Positions 10,132-20,104 of a DNA stretch of 64,000 bases are shown here, piece after piece. The translations under genes and the position numbers were made by a program. Every line of letters starts with the position of its first letter. Positions within the stretch are counted from its first letter, which is position 1. The notes below the pieces were generated by a model that had not been told where the DNA came from, made no database searches, and saw nothing but the letters and a program-made list of their open reading frames with translations. This DNA is from Methanobacteriota archaeon (lineage in GTDB: Archaea > Thermoplasmatota > Thermoplasmata > SG8-5 > DAIRED01), in the NCBI GenBank assembly GCA_043799545.1, contig JAZDNO010000002.1:1-64000 (forward strand), read 5' to 3'.

Positions 10132-10284
10132 GGTGTTTCGGGATGGCGTCGGGATATTTTAATGCCGCCTCCCCGCGCTCACAACGACCGAAAGTCACCG
10201 ATGATGCGCGGTTGGCGCGTTGCGCTGCACTGATGCACCGGACCTTCTTCCCCCCCCGCCCCCCTCCGTGAAGGGTGCCGCCCA

Positions 10285-13200
10285 TCACCTCCAAACAATC
10301 CATACGGAGTCCACAGGGACGTGCACCCAGTATGCATCCCCTGGCCGCATGACGTAATCGCCGCTCGCCGTGCGGGTCATGTACGGCATGGCCGGGTCGA
10401 AGACCTCGACCGCATCCGCACCAGTCCCCCAAAGCGCCACGGCGACGGTCGTATTCCCGTTCAGCGAGGGGTAGCCGACGAGGTTCCACCCGGCCCTCAG
10501 GACCATGCTCGTGGAATTCCGCGGGACTCCGGCAACGTCTATGCGCCCGTCTCCGAGCTCGGTGACATACAGCCACACTCCCATGGACGCGGTGACGTCC
10601 AGCAGGTCGTTCATTTCATACGGCCAAGCAGAATTGAACTGCTTCCATGGATCTGACGGGCATGAAGGGTCGTACCACATCGCCCTCGTCCAAACCGTGT
10701 CCCCGCCGAGGTCGGACAAAGCGAGGCCGATGCCGCAATCCAGCGGCTCGAAAGGCAAAGAAACGAGATTCCACCCGTGTCCAACATCGATGGAGAAGTG
10801 CTCGTGGACGGGTTGAGCTTTTCCATAAGGTACGGCAAGCGGGTAGGCGTCGAACGACGCCTGGACGAAATTCCCGGTGCAATTGTAGAAGGCGTGAAGA
10901 GAGTCCCCCGCTTCCAGCGGGTATGCCAATGTGATTTCCCCAGACTGGAAATTCAGGTCGAACCAAATACCCTGCATTATCGTTGCCCATGCCCCTCCGC
11001 GGTCCAGATACAGTGTCATGTTGCGGAGGTCTCGCGTGGCGAGGCAAAACGGTCCGGTCTCGCCACCCGAAGCCGGGCCGAATACAGTCTCGTTCGCCAC
11101 CTCGTCGAAATGCCTTCCAGGTCCGGCAATATCGTAGAAAGGCGCATCGCCGATCCCGTCCGGTCCAGTCAGATTCTGACCCGGCCCCATGAGGTCGTCG
11201 GCGACATGTGGCGCGCCCCAGTAGTTGCCGCCTGAAGGATATCCGTCGTCCCATCTGTTCCCGCCGTCGTCGAAGGCCTGCCTCGTGTTGCCATCGATTG
11301 TGTTGTGGAACAAGGCATTGCCTGCGGATTGCGAGAGGTAAACGCCCCATCCCCCCAGCCTTATCTCGAGGAAACTCGCGCTGTACATCCCGAAAATCCG
11401 TCCGGCAATCATCGGGCCGAAAACGTACCAGTGGTACCGCATGTCCCACGTGTTCAGGCAGGCGTAAACGCGGACCCCGTCATCCGTCACGCCATATCCA
11501 ATGGCCACGCTCCCGTGGTCTGTCCGGCCATTGCCGTCACAATCGACTATGAGCGCTATGGGGCGTCCCCGGTCAAGCTCCGCCTTGAAAGCCTCCCACG
11601 TGATGTCACCCCATGCCAGGGTTCTCTGCTGTACCGAGTAGTCATGGGCCATGTACTCGATGTACCTGTACATCTCGTCCGAGACCGCATTTGCTTCCCC
11701 CCAACCGAAGTACAGCCCCTGGGCGCTCTGGGAAATGTTCGAAAAATCAGCTATCGAATCGCTCGTGTGCTCGTCGCCGAGGGGCAACTCAGACTTGTCT
11801 GGGGCCAAATATGGATAATCGTCCATGGGAACGCAATAGTCATAGTAGTTGCCAGGACTGGCAATCATGTCGTACGCCGCGGGGCTCGGGCGGCTCGCAT
11901 CGCCAGACACGAGGCGTCCGTAGCCTGCCACGTCCCAGTAGCCGACCACCATGCCCTTCGAGGTTGGCGAGCACCCGCGGTACCAAAGGTACATCGGCAC
12001 CCCCGGAATGATGGCCCGCTCAACGACGGACTGATTGACTATCTCCACATATCCCTTTGAAAGATTGAATCTTTGAAGGCCGATTGGCGGAAATCCTCCT
12101 AGTGACTGCTCCGAAACCGGTTCGAAGCCTTTGTCTTTATTGCCAGTGATTTCGTTCCCCTCGACAACGTTGCCGTCCGACCCCTCCAGCCTGATGCCGC
12201 ATTCGTTCCCGACTATGGCGTTGAAGGATATCCGGTTCGAATCAGATGACGCGAGGTACACGCCGCACTCGTTGCCCGTCATGGTGTTGTTCTCCAGGCT
12301 GACGTTCTCGGCCCTGTAGAGCAGGATTCCAGAGTTCCGGTAGTACATCCCCTGGTTGCCGCTGGCGCCGCAAAGCGCCGAATCCCTCACAACGATATGG
12401 TCGGTCGTGTTCCCTATGAAAACGCACGCGCCCCGCCCGGTCCCGTCGATGTTAAGCCTCTCGATTATCCAAGGATCGCCCTCAGTTCCCGAGCCACCAG
12501 ACACATAGTGCGCAGCGTCGAGGTCGGTATCGCCATTTATCCTCACCGCGCTGCAGACTCCGATGCGGCGGGGCTCGGCCAACGGATATCTGTCCGATGA
12601 AGATGGCGATAAATCGTACTTCGAATCAACGAAACCGTCTTCACCGGTCTCCGTCTGGTTCTCCCCCGCCATGATGTCCTCCCCCGTCCAGTCAGACCAG
12701 TAATTCCCCCCGACAAGCAAGTTCCACGAGTATTCCGCCCACAACTCGTTGCGGAAAGGGGGCAGCGGATGTTCGAACGCCACCTCTCCGGTCGTATAAT
12801 CTAGATGGTACTCGTCATGGTTCATTTCCCGGGATTCCTCGTACGTGTAGTTGGCGTATATCGATTCGGTCGCCCAACCATCAAAGGAGAGTACCGTAAC
12901 GATACCAGTACAGTAATCTATGGAGTAATCCACCCCCTCGGCCAATTCGTACCAGTTGAAATCATTCCAGTAATCGTCCGATTCATCCGACGGCGTTCCG
13001 GAATCCCCGTAGAGGCTGAGCACGACCGCACTGGTTATCTCGTCGTGGGCCAGCTTGAATTCCCACGGGATGGTTTCTGTGCCGTCCATGACGTACTGCG
13101 CGTTGTTGTCCGATCCACTTTTCCTGTATGATATCGACATCCCGCTCTCGCACACCGCGATATGCTCGGACGAAGGCTGGATTCCTCCGTGGGCGAGCTC

Positions 13201-14637
13201 CGCCCCCGCCGTTCTGCCATAGCCCATCGTCAGGTTGAAGTGGCCGGGCGATCCCGAGACGTTGTATCCAAAGACCTTCACAATGTATTGTCCATTCGGC
13301 GGATGGAAGAGCCTTATCGACTCGTCGGAGTCGTCGTCGTTCGAGAACGCCGTCTGGTCGTATCCCCAATCGTAGTGGTAGGGGCCTATGGTCGTGAAGT
13401 TGCGGTTCGCGCACTCGCTCCACTGCGCGGCCCCGTCCCTGGGATTGCCGCCGTACCCGTCGAGGAAAATGCCCAAATCCAGGTTAGGGGCATCCGCCCA
13501 CCCGGTTGCCCGGACGTCCAAGGTCTGGAGATCCGTTGCGTTTATTAGATACGTGAAATTTCCATCGGCGATTTCCTTCATCTGTTCTACGTAGTCGTTC
13601 CAACCGTAGTCCCTTAACTCGTCCTGGAATATCTCCTGACCGACCATCTCAGTCTCCTCGATGCAGTTGAAAATCGTCCGGGTCGCGTTCTCGCATTGCA
13701 CTGTTGTTTGACGCATGTAACCTCCGTCCCAGGCGTTCTCAGACGAGTCCTCTGTGACCTGGATCGCGTTGCCAATCATGTTATTATTGTAAATCGAATT
13801 GCCATACGAACCCTCGGCCGAGATACCGGCACCGTTCCCACCGATGGTATTGTCGTTGACGATATTCCCGATGGAGCTGTGGAGTACGAGCCCTGCCTTG
13901 CTGTTGCCTTCGATGATGTTGTTCGTTACAGCGTTGCCGGACGAGAAACCAAGCGCGACGCCCACGCTCCCCCCGCAAGGCCTGAGCCCCTCCACCAAAA
14001 CGCCCGTGCAGTTGGCCAGGATGACCTGGCCGGCCCATCGCTGGACCGTGCCACCGTTCTGGTCGTGAACGTATCGCAGCGGCAGACCGTTCACAGTGTT
14101 CGAAGCATCGATTATATCGGAGCTCCAGTCGCCCACCGAGTCGCCGGCCATCACCACCCCGCATCCGAGCATCGTGTTGTTGGACATGACGACACATCTG
14201 GCGAATTCAAGGGCGACGGCAGCTGCGCTGCCGTATATCGTGTTGTTGAATAATCCCCCGCCCAACACTCCGTTGAGAGCGAGCGCTGAATCGGGGAAAA
14301 ATACCGAGCCATCCCCGCCCGTCGCGTTCCATAGGACGCAATCCCTTACCGCGAACTGCTCCGTGGTGTTCCCGATGTAGATGCAATACCCGCACCCGCC
14401 TCCGTCTATCTCCAACCCGCCAATCATCCACGGATCGGCCTCGCTGCCGTTTCCGCCAACCACGCCGTGCGCCGCGTCGAAGTCTGCGTTCGAATCTATT
14501 CGTATCGGCAGATGTGTTGTTGAGGCGGAAGGATGGACGGCCCCGCCGGAGCCTGTGCTTACGGCGTCCGATGGTATTGCCAATGACCCGAAAACGACAA
14601 AAATAACCACCGAGATTGTTGCCCAAGGTTTCCGCAT
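10285..14637 (-). CDS. Large secreted surface protein: NosD/CASH beta-helix repeats, papain-like (C39/C10-like) domain, GWNL C-terminal domain
   Basis: Signal peptide; repeated N-x-I-x-x-N strands; GNYW modules; YRGCSPTS...DHGSVAIGY...LNTWD; GWNLVSLP/GWNLVGYP. Confidence 0.85.
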   Translation of the reverse strand: MRKPWATISVVIFVVFGSLAIPSDAVSTGSGGAVHPSASTTHLPIRIDSNADFDAAHGVVGGNGSEADPWMIGGLEIDGGGCGYCIYIGNTTEQFAVRDCVLWNATGGDGSVFFPDSALALNGVLGGGLFNNTIYGSAAAVALEFARCVVMSNNTMLGCGVVMAGDSVGDWSSDIIDASNTVNGLPLRYVHDQNGGTVQRWAGQVILANCTGVLVEGLRPCGGSVGVALGFSSGNAVTNNIIEGNSKAGLVLHSSIGNIVNDNTIGGNGAGISAEGSYGNSIYNNNMIGNAIQVTEDSSENAWDGGYMRQTTVQCENATRTIFNCIEETEMVGQEIFQDELRDYGWNDYVEQMKEIADGNFTYLINATDLQTLDVRATGWADAPNLDLGIFLDGYGGNPRDGAAQWSECANRNFTTIGPYHYDWGYDQTAFSNDDDSDESIRLFHPPNGQYIVKVFGYNVSGSPGHFNLTMGYGRTAGAELAHGGIQPSSEHIAVCESGMSISYRKSGSDNNAQYVMDGTETIPWEFKLAHDEITSAVVLSLYGDSGTPSDESDDYWNDFNWYELAEGVDYSIDYCTGIVTVLSFDGWATESIYANYTYEESREMNHDEYHLDYTTGEVAFEHPLPPFRNELWAEYSWNLLVGGNYWSDWTGEDIMAGENQTETGEDGFVDSKYDLSPSSSDRYPLAEPRRIGVCSAVRINGDTDLDAAHYVSGGSGTEGDPWIIERLNIDGTGRGACVFIGNTTDHIVVRDSALCGASGNQGMYYRNSGILLYRAENVSLENNTMTGNECGVYLASSDSNRISFNAIVGNECGIRLEGSDGNVVEGNEITGNKDKGFEPVSEQSLGGFPPIGLQRFNLSKGYVEIVNQSVVERAIIPGVPMYLWYRGCSPTSKGMVVGYWDVAGYGRLVSGDASRPSPAAYDMIASPGNYYDYCVPMDDYPYLAPDKSELPLGDEHTSDSIADFSNISQSAQGLYFGWGEANAVSDEMYRYIEYMAHDYSVQQRTLAWGDITWEAFKAELDRGRPIALIVDCDGNGRTDHGSVAIGYGVTDDGVRVYACLNTWDMRYHWYVFGPMIAGRIFGMYSASFLEIRLGGWGVYLSQSAGNALFHNTIDGNTRQAFDDGGNRWDDGYPSGGNYWGAPHVADDLMGPGQNLTGPDGIGDAPFYDIAGPGRHFDEVANETVFGPASGGETGPFCLATRDLRNMTLYLDRGGAWATIMQGIWFDLNFQSGEITLAYPLEAGDSLHAFYNCTGNFVQASFDAYPLAVPYGKAQPVHEHFSIDVGHGWNLVSLPFEPLDCGIGLALSDLGGDTVWTRAMWYDPSCPSDPWKQFNSAWPYEMNDLLDVTASMGVWLYVTELGDGRIDVAGVPRNSTSMVLRAGWNLVGYPSLNGNTTVAVALWGTGADAVEVFDPAMPYMTRTASGDYVMRPGDAYWVHVPVDSVWIVWR

Positions 14638-14788
14638 CCGAATTTCTCCGATTTATACCTTTTGCTGTCGTCGTTATAAATATTTTGGGGGTTGCCCCCC
14701 AACTTGCACACCAAATAATTGACATCGACGCCGATGTAGATGTCAATCGCCCTGAACACATATCGCCTGCTGGGAGAAAAGGGTTATC

Positions 14789-16177
14789 CTACATCAAATG
14801 TTTACGTACAAATTCTTCCACATCCGGCAACCCGCCCTGCAGAATGATGTAACCGTTCGGAGGCTCCCTCTCCGTTATCTCTCCAGCAATCGGCGTTAAC
14901 ATGAGCTTCTTCAGCTCCTCGCGCTCCTGGGTGTGGCCGAGGGCCCAGCACATCTTCATGTATGCGACTTCGGGCAGCATGTTCGCCCCCGGGACGATTC
15001 CGATGTCCATTAGGTCGCGCCCGGTGTCGTAGACGAACATCTGGACGTATCCCCAGAGCGTCTGGACCGTCATGTAGACGGCGATTCCCTGCTCGCACGC
15101 CCGTCGTATCGGCTCGTAGAGAGGCTTGTTGATGTGGCCAAGGCCCGTCCCGGCGATGACTATGCCATGGTAGCCCTTGTCTATGAAGTGCTCCACCATG
15201 TCGGGCTGCATGTTTGGATAGTAATACAGTATTCCGACCTTTGGGTCGAACTTCGTGTCTATTGTCACATCGGTGTCCTTTCGCCGGCGCTTGTAGTCAT
15301 CGCGCAGATGTGTGAAGCCCTTGGTCGGCGACACCGTGGCCAGCGGGATGTCACCGATTGTCCGGAACGTCGAGCGGTAAGACGAATGCATCTTTCGCAC
15401 CCTAGTCCCGCGGTGCAGCAGGCAGTACTGGTCGCTCGTCGGCCCGTACATGCATACCATCGTCTCGGCGATGTCCGATTCCGCCGCGGTCTTGGTCGCA
15501 CAAACCAGATTGAAAGCGGCGTCCGACGACGGGCGGTCGGAAGAGCGCTGGCTGCCGACCATCACTATCGGCACCGGGGAGTTCTGGACCATGAAAGATA
15601 GTATTGCCGACGTGTGGTGCATGGTGTCAGTTCCGTGGCCGATGCATATCCCGCTCACGCCACCCTGGATTTCCTTGCCGATGGCCTCGGCGGTCCCGCG
15701 CCACTGGTCCGGCCCCATATTCTCGCTGAAAACGCCGTAGAGCTTGATGGTCTTGAGGTTGCATATGTCCGCCAGCTCGGGCACGGCGCCGTAGAGCTCG
15801 CCGGGCGAGAATGCGGGGATGACGGCCCCGGTCCTGTAATCCAGGCGGCTGGCGATTGTCCCGCCCGTTCCCAGCAACGTCACGTTGCCCTTTTTGGGGT
15901 CCGAGGGGAACTCCTTCTCTGGAATCTTGTACTTGGCTTCCTTGTAGCCGACGATTTCGATGCTCTTTATGGAGTCCACGCGCACGCCGACGTTGTAGCC
16001 AGTCTTCAGCTTGAGCACCACGTGCCGGTCGTCGGCGTTCTCCGACCGCGGAAGGATAATCCCCTTGAAAACGCCGCGCGTGGATTGGACGACCACGTCG
16101 CTCCAGACCTTCGCCCCCTTTTCCTCCAGGAGCTTCCGGGACTGGCCCTTGTAGCCCTTGAAATCGTCGTCTGACAT
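14789..16177 (-). CDS. gatD: Glu-tRNA(Gln) amidotransferase subunit D
   Basis: KLKTGYNVG, TGGTIASRLDYRTG, HGTDTM, GSQRSSDRPSSD, KMHSSYRSTF. Confidence 0.96.
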   Translation of the reverse strand: MSDDDFKGYKGQSRKLLEEKGAKVWSDVVVQSTRGVFKGIILPRSENADDRHVVLKLKTGYNVGVRVDSIKSIEIVGYKEAKYKIPEKEFPSDPKKGNVTLLGTGGTIASRLDYRTGAVIPAFSPGELYGAVPELADICNLKTIKLYGVFSENMGPDQWRGTAEAIGKEIQGGVSGICIGHGTDTMHHTSAILSFMVQNSPVPIVMVGSQRSSDRPSSDAAFNLVCATKTAAESDIAETMVCMYGPTSDQYCLLHRGTRVRKMHSSYRSTFRTIGDIPLATVSPTKGFTHLRDDYKRRRKDTDVTIDTKFDPKVGILYYYPNMQPDMVEHFIDKGYHGIVIAGTGLGHINKPLYEPIRRACEQGIAVYMTVQTLWGYVQMFVYDTGRDLMDIGIVPGANMLPEVAYMKMCWALGHTQEREELKKLMLTPIAGEITEREPPNGYIILQGGLPDVEEFVRKHLM

Positions 16178-16258
16178 CCTGCCATGTATCCTGGAAGGTG
16201 TGGATAAACCTTTCCCGTAAGACAATCGTTATATCCGAACAGCGCATGCACCCCGGCG

Positions 16259-18103
16259 ATGCCAGGCGACCTGGACTATAAAGGTCTCGGATTCAAGTGC
16301 GGGCTGGAGATACACCAGCAGCTGGACACGGAGCGCAAGCTCTTCTGCAAATGCAAGGTCCAGCTGCGCCGGGACGCGGCGCACGCCGCGATCCTCCGCC
16401 ACATGCGCCCAACCCTTTCCGAGATGGGAACCTACGACGGCACGGCGCTGATGGAGTTCAAGACCAGGAAGAACGTCACGTACCAGCTCTACGAGGACGG
16501 CATATGCACCTACGAGATGGACGACACCCCGCCGTTCCCGATAAACCAGAAGGCCGTGGACATAGGCCTGGAGATTGCCCTGATGCTGGGCTGCAGCGTC
16601 GTGGACGAGGTGCACGTCTCCAGGAAGCAGTATCTGGACGGCTCGATACCCACGGGATTCCAGCGCACGGCAATAATCGGCGTCGAGGGCTCCATGCCGT
16701 TCAAGGGGAGGCAGCTGGGAATTATCCAGCTCAGCATCGAGGAGGACGCCTGCAGGGAGGTCAGCGACAGGGGCCACGAAATCGTCTTCAAGACAGACAG
16801 GCTCAGCACGCCGCTGGTTGAGGTCGTGACAAAGGCCGAGATATTCTCCCCCTCTGAAGTTCCCGAAGCTGCCGAGCAGCTGGGCCGTTTCATGCGCGCC
16901 ACGGGAAAGGTCCGGCGCGGCATGGGGGCGACGCGCCAGGATGTCAACGTGAGCATCACGGGCGGAACCAGGGTTGAGATAAAGGGCGTGCCGAAACTGC
17001 AGTGGATGGAGGCGCTCACGCGCAACGAAGCCATCCGCCAGAAAGCCCTGCTGGGCATCAGGGATACCCTGAAGGCGAAGGGGATGGCAGAAGAAAACCT
17101 GCAGACGCCTGTGAAAGACCTCGCTCATCTTTTCAAAAAGACGAAATGCGAGCCCATCGCTGCGGCGCTGGCCAAGGGAGGCGCAGTTCAGGGAATCAGG
17201 CTTGGCGGTTTCGCTGGGATTCTCAACACCGAGGTCATGCCAGGCATCCCGCTCAAGCACGAATTCGCCGGCCGCGTGAAGGTGATAGCCTGCCTGGACG
17301 ACCCGCTCAACATAATTCATACGGACGAACTACCGGCGCACAACCTTTCGGAGAAAGACAAGGCAGCCATATTGAAAGAGATGGGCTGCGGGAGCGCGGA
17401 CGTCGCGGTGCTGGCATGGGGGCCGGCGCAGGACGTGGAGACCGCGATGAGGGAGATACGCCTGAGGGCGCTGGACGCGCTCGTCGGCGTGCCCTCTGAA
17501 ACGAGGCAGCCGTTCGCCGACGGCACCAGCGGTTTCGAGAGGATTCTGCCTGGCCCGGACAGGATGTACCCCGACACCGACTCTCCCCCCACCGAAGTCA
17601 CGCAGGAGCGCATAGACCGGATAAGGGCGATGATAGTCGAACCGCCGTGGGAGAGGGAGGAGCGCTACCTGAAGATGGGGGTCCCCGGAAGGGTCGCGCG
17701 GGACCTTGCAATCTCCCAACTGGCCAAGACGTTCGAGGAGCTCGTGGGGATTGGATTTCCCGCGCGCCAAACTGCGTCATTCCTCGTCGAAGGGCTGCGG
17801 TCTATCAGGAGGAGAGGTATGCTGGCCGATGGCATCGATGGCGCAGACATCACAGCGGCGTTCATGTTCGCCCGCGCGTCGGGGATGAGCCTGTCAGTCG
17901 TGCCCGCGATCGTCGCGGGCATGGGGCATGGCGAACTGGCCTCGGACGCAGCCGCAAGAGCCGGTGTGAGCCAGGTCGCGGAAGGCGAACTCCTGGCAGC
18001 CGCGAATGAGGTCTCCGCCTCCGATAAATTCCCGGCGCTTATGGCGCGATTCCGCGGTATGGCGAGCGCAGAGCGCGTGCGCAAGGCATTGCAACCGGAG
18101 TGA
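16259..18103 (+). CDS. gatE: Glu-tRNA(Gln) amidotransferase subunit E
   Basis: GLEIHQQLDT..KLFC, DGSIPTGFQRT, QDVNVSI, PGPDRMYPDTD. Confidence 0.96.
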   Translation: MPGDLDYKGLGFKCGLEIHQQLDTERKLFCKCKVQLRRDAAHAAILRHMRPTLSEMGTYDGTALMEFKTRKNVTYQLYEDGICTYEMDDTPPFPINQKAVDIGLEIALMLGCSVVDEVHVSRKQYLDGSIPTGFQRTAIIGVEGSMPFKGRQLGIIQLSIEEDACREVSDRGHEIVFKTDRLSTPLVEVVTKAEIFSPSEVPEAAEQLGRFMRATGKVRRGMGATRQDVNVSITGGTRVEIKGVPKLQWMEALTRNEAIRQKALLGIRDTLKAKGMAEENLQTPVKDLAHLFKKTKCEPIAAALAKGGAVQGIRLGGFAGILNTEVMPGIPLKHEFAGRVKVIACLDDPLNIIHTDELPAHNLSEKDKAAILKEMGCGSADVAVLAWGPAQDVETAMREIRLRALDALVGVPSETRQPFADGTSGFERILPGPDRMYPDTDSPPTEVTQERIDRIRAMIVEPPWEREERYLKMGVPGRVARDLAISQLAKTFEELVGIGFPARQTASFLVEGLRSIRRRGMLADGIDGADITAAFMFARASGMSLSVVPAIVAGMGHGELASDAAARAGVSQVAEGELLAAANEVSASDKFPALMARFRGMASAERVRKALQPE

Positions 18104-18170
18104 GCCAAGCGTTTTTACGATTTTGTCAGAATTGGCGATTTTTGCGCTATCCTCAAATACGAGACTCTCG

Positions 18171-19553
18171 ATGAGGGCGCAGAGCGAGGATGAATTGCCC
18201 TTGGAGATAGACGAGCCGGGCGCCGTGGACCTCAATCTCGGGAGAGAGATAGAGACCATGCTCGACCGCGAGGTCGGTTTTGTGGGCGGGCTCATTCTCA
18301 AGAAGCAATGCAAGGACCTGGGAGTGCAGCTCGGAGACATAACACCAAACCACCTGAAACCGCTCGCTTATCAGATTTCCAAGGCCATAACCCCAGTCAC
18401 TGGCGAGGATAGGGCGAATAAAATCCAGCAGGGTATCATCGATTACATGAACGCCCTGAAAACAGTCAACGTCATGGAAAAGCCCAGATTGCACGGCGTC
18501 GATTCTCTCAGGGCCGAGCTGACGATTGTGGAAAGCAAGATTTCGATAGGTCGATTCGAAGACGCAGAGCTCACAATCCGTTGCACATGCAACCTTATCG
18601 AGAGGTCAGCGCCGGAAGTGCAGGCGGAGCTGGGCCCAAGAGCTTTCAGGCTGTTCGCGCGCGTGCTGAGCGCGAAAAAGGAGACGCACGAAGAAGCGTT
18701 CCGCAGATACGGGGAAGCTCTGCTGATGGCGGAGAAATCCGGGGACAGATACGAGCAGGTGCTCGCCCTGAGCGGCATAGGCGCCCTGGCATGGAGGACC
18801 GCCGACCACAAGCGGGCGCAAACGAATTACATGAAGGCACTATTGCAGATAAACCGCATAACAGCCGTGTCGAAGAAGGACAAGCAAAAGCTGGAGAGCG
18901 CGAAGGTCATTGTCCATTCCGGTCTGGGCAACGTTTACCTGGATCTCGTGGATATGAACCTGGCTGTGGAGCACAACGAGAAGGCTCTCGAGATATCCAT
19001 GAGAATGGAAAACTGGCCCGAGGTCGGAAGGATATACAACAACCTGGCCAGGGTCTACGAGGAGATGCGCGACCTCGAGAAGGCCATCGACAGCTACGAG
19101 CGCAGCGTGCAGTACTGCCAGAAAGGCAAGTCCCAGAGGATGGAGGGATGGACGCTCACGAACCTCGCCAGCGCGCTAGTCGAGAACGGCAGGGCAAATG
19201 AGGCAAAAATCCATCTGGAGAGGTCTGAGCGCATCTTGGCGGGATTCGCGGACCCCATCGCGCACTCGAAGCTCAATTGCATGTGGGGCAAGTACCACAG
19301 GGCGAGGATGGAGTGGGAGCCCGGCATCCAGAGGTTCGAGAAGAGCATCGCGGCCGTGGCCGACCAGAATTCGCCCGACTACCTCGCGACTGCGCAGGAG
19401 GAGTTCGGCACCCTCTGCCTCGAAATGGGCGACAAGGACAAGGCGAGGGAACTGCTGGGCGCGGCGCTGGACTGGCAGAAGAAAAAAGGCGACATCTATC
19501 GCGTGGGCAAAATCGATGCCCAACTTAAAGGCGTCGAAGGGAAGAAAAACTGA
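18171..19553 (+). CDS. TPR-repeat protein with small N-terminal helical domain
   Basis: Repeated HSGLGNVY/YNNLARVY/LTNLASAL TPR helices; start placed at MRAQSEDE. Confidence 0.85.
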   Translation: MRAQSEDELPLEIDEPGAVDLNLGREIETMLDREVGFVGGLILKKQCKDLGVQLGDITPNHLKPLAYQISKAITPVTGEDRANKIQQGIIDYMNALKTVNVMEKPRLHGVDSLRAELTIVESKISIGRFEDAELTIRCTCNLIERSAPEVQAELGPRAFRLFARVLSAKKETHEEAFRRYGEALLMAEKSGDRYEQVLALSGIGALAWRTADHKRAQTNYMKALLQINRITAVSKKDKQKLESAKVIVHSGLGNVYLDLVDMNLAVEHNEKALEISMRMENWPEVGRIYNNLARVYEEMRDLEKAIDSYERSVQYCQKGKSQRMEGWTLTNLASALVENGRANEAKIHLERSERILAGFADPIAHSKLNCMWGKYHRARMEWEPGIQRFEKSIAAVADQNSPDYLATAQEEFGTLCLEMGDKDKARELLGAALDWQKKKGDIYRVGKIDAQLKGVEGKKN

Positions 19554-19666
19554 GCCATCAAAGTAAATTCAAGGCATTTTACTGCGGATATGGGTCGAGC
19601 GAGCAGGCAGTTCTGAGCCTTTTTTCTGCGAGGAACTGCCAGCGGAGCGAGAACAGAAAAAAGGAT

Positions 19667-19721
19667 ATGGGCCCAGTCGGATTCTGACTAGCTGGACGAA
19701 GTCTGAATTTGGGCGCTAGTC
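19667..19721 (-). repeat. Duplicated tRNA-Ile2 3' end (17 bp) capped at the T-loop by a hairpin cassette
   Basis: atgggcccagtcggatt at 19667-19683 identical to 19768-19784; followed by GACTAGC...GCTAGTC (19686-19721). Confidence 0.85.
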
Positions 19722-19768
19722 TTCTCCTCCTGGCCCCATCAACCAAACCTAAAACAATAAAAAATTGA

Positions 19769-19842
19769 TGGGCCCAGTCGGATTTGAACCGACGACCATC
19801 TGGTTATGAGCCAGACGCTCCACCGGGCTAAGCTACGGGCCC
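19769..19842 (-). tRNA. tRNA-Ile2 (CAT anticodon, TiaS substrate)
   Basis: GGGCCCG acceptor, TCTGG-CTCATAA-CCAGA anticodon arm, GTCGG-TTCAAAT-CCGAC T arm; acceptor resembles archaeal Ile rather than Met tRNAs; CCA not encoded. Confidence 0.9.
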
Positions 19843-20104
19843 TTCAAATCAAATGTTTTCGCTCTCGAGCCCCCCGCTTAGCCCTTTCCTTGGCGAGGTT
19901 GCTGGATTGCCTTTCTCGCCTTCGGACCGGTCTATGCTACGGGTCTGCTCAGCAAATGTTTTTTAGTAATCGGAGAACTGGTATTTAACCCTGGGGGTTT
20001 GGTGTGCGGCATGGTGTTCACCAGCCCAGGTACATATACCATGTTGACCAAGGGGGGTAACGGGCATAACAATAGATGCGCGGCGCCTGAAAGGAGGTGA
20101 AACA

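Noticed and set aside
10245-10285. C-runs (G-runs on minus strand) suggesting a G-quadruplex
   Set aside because: Single short intergenic tract in a GC-rich genome with no other support; homopolymers are also error-prone.
19769-19842. Calling the CAT tRNA a Met tRNA
   Set aside because: The GGGCCCG acceptor matches archaeal Ile tRNAs, not initiator (A1-U72) or typical elongator Met; a covariance-model check is still advisable.
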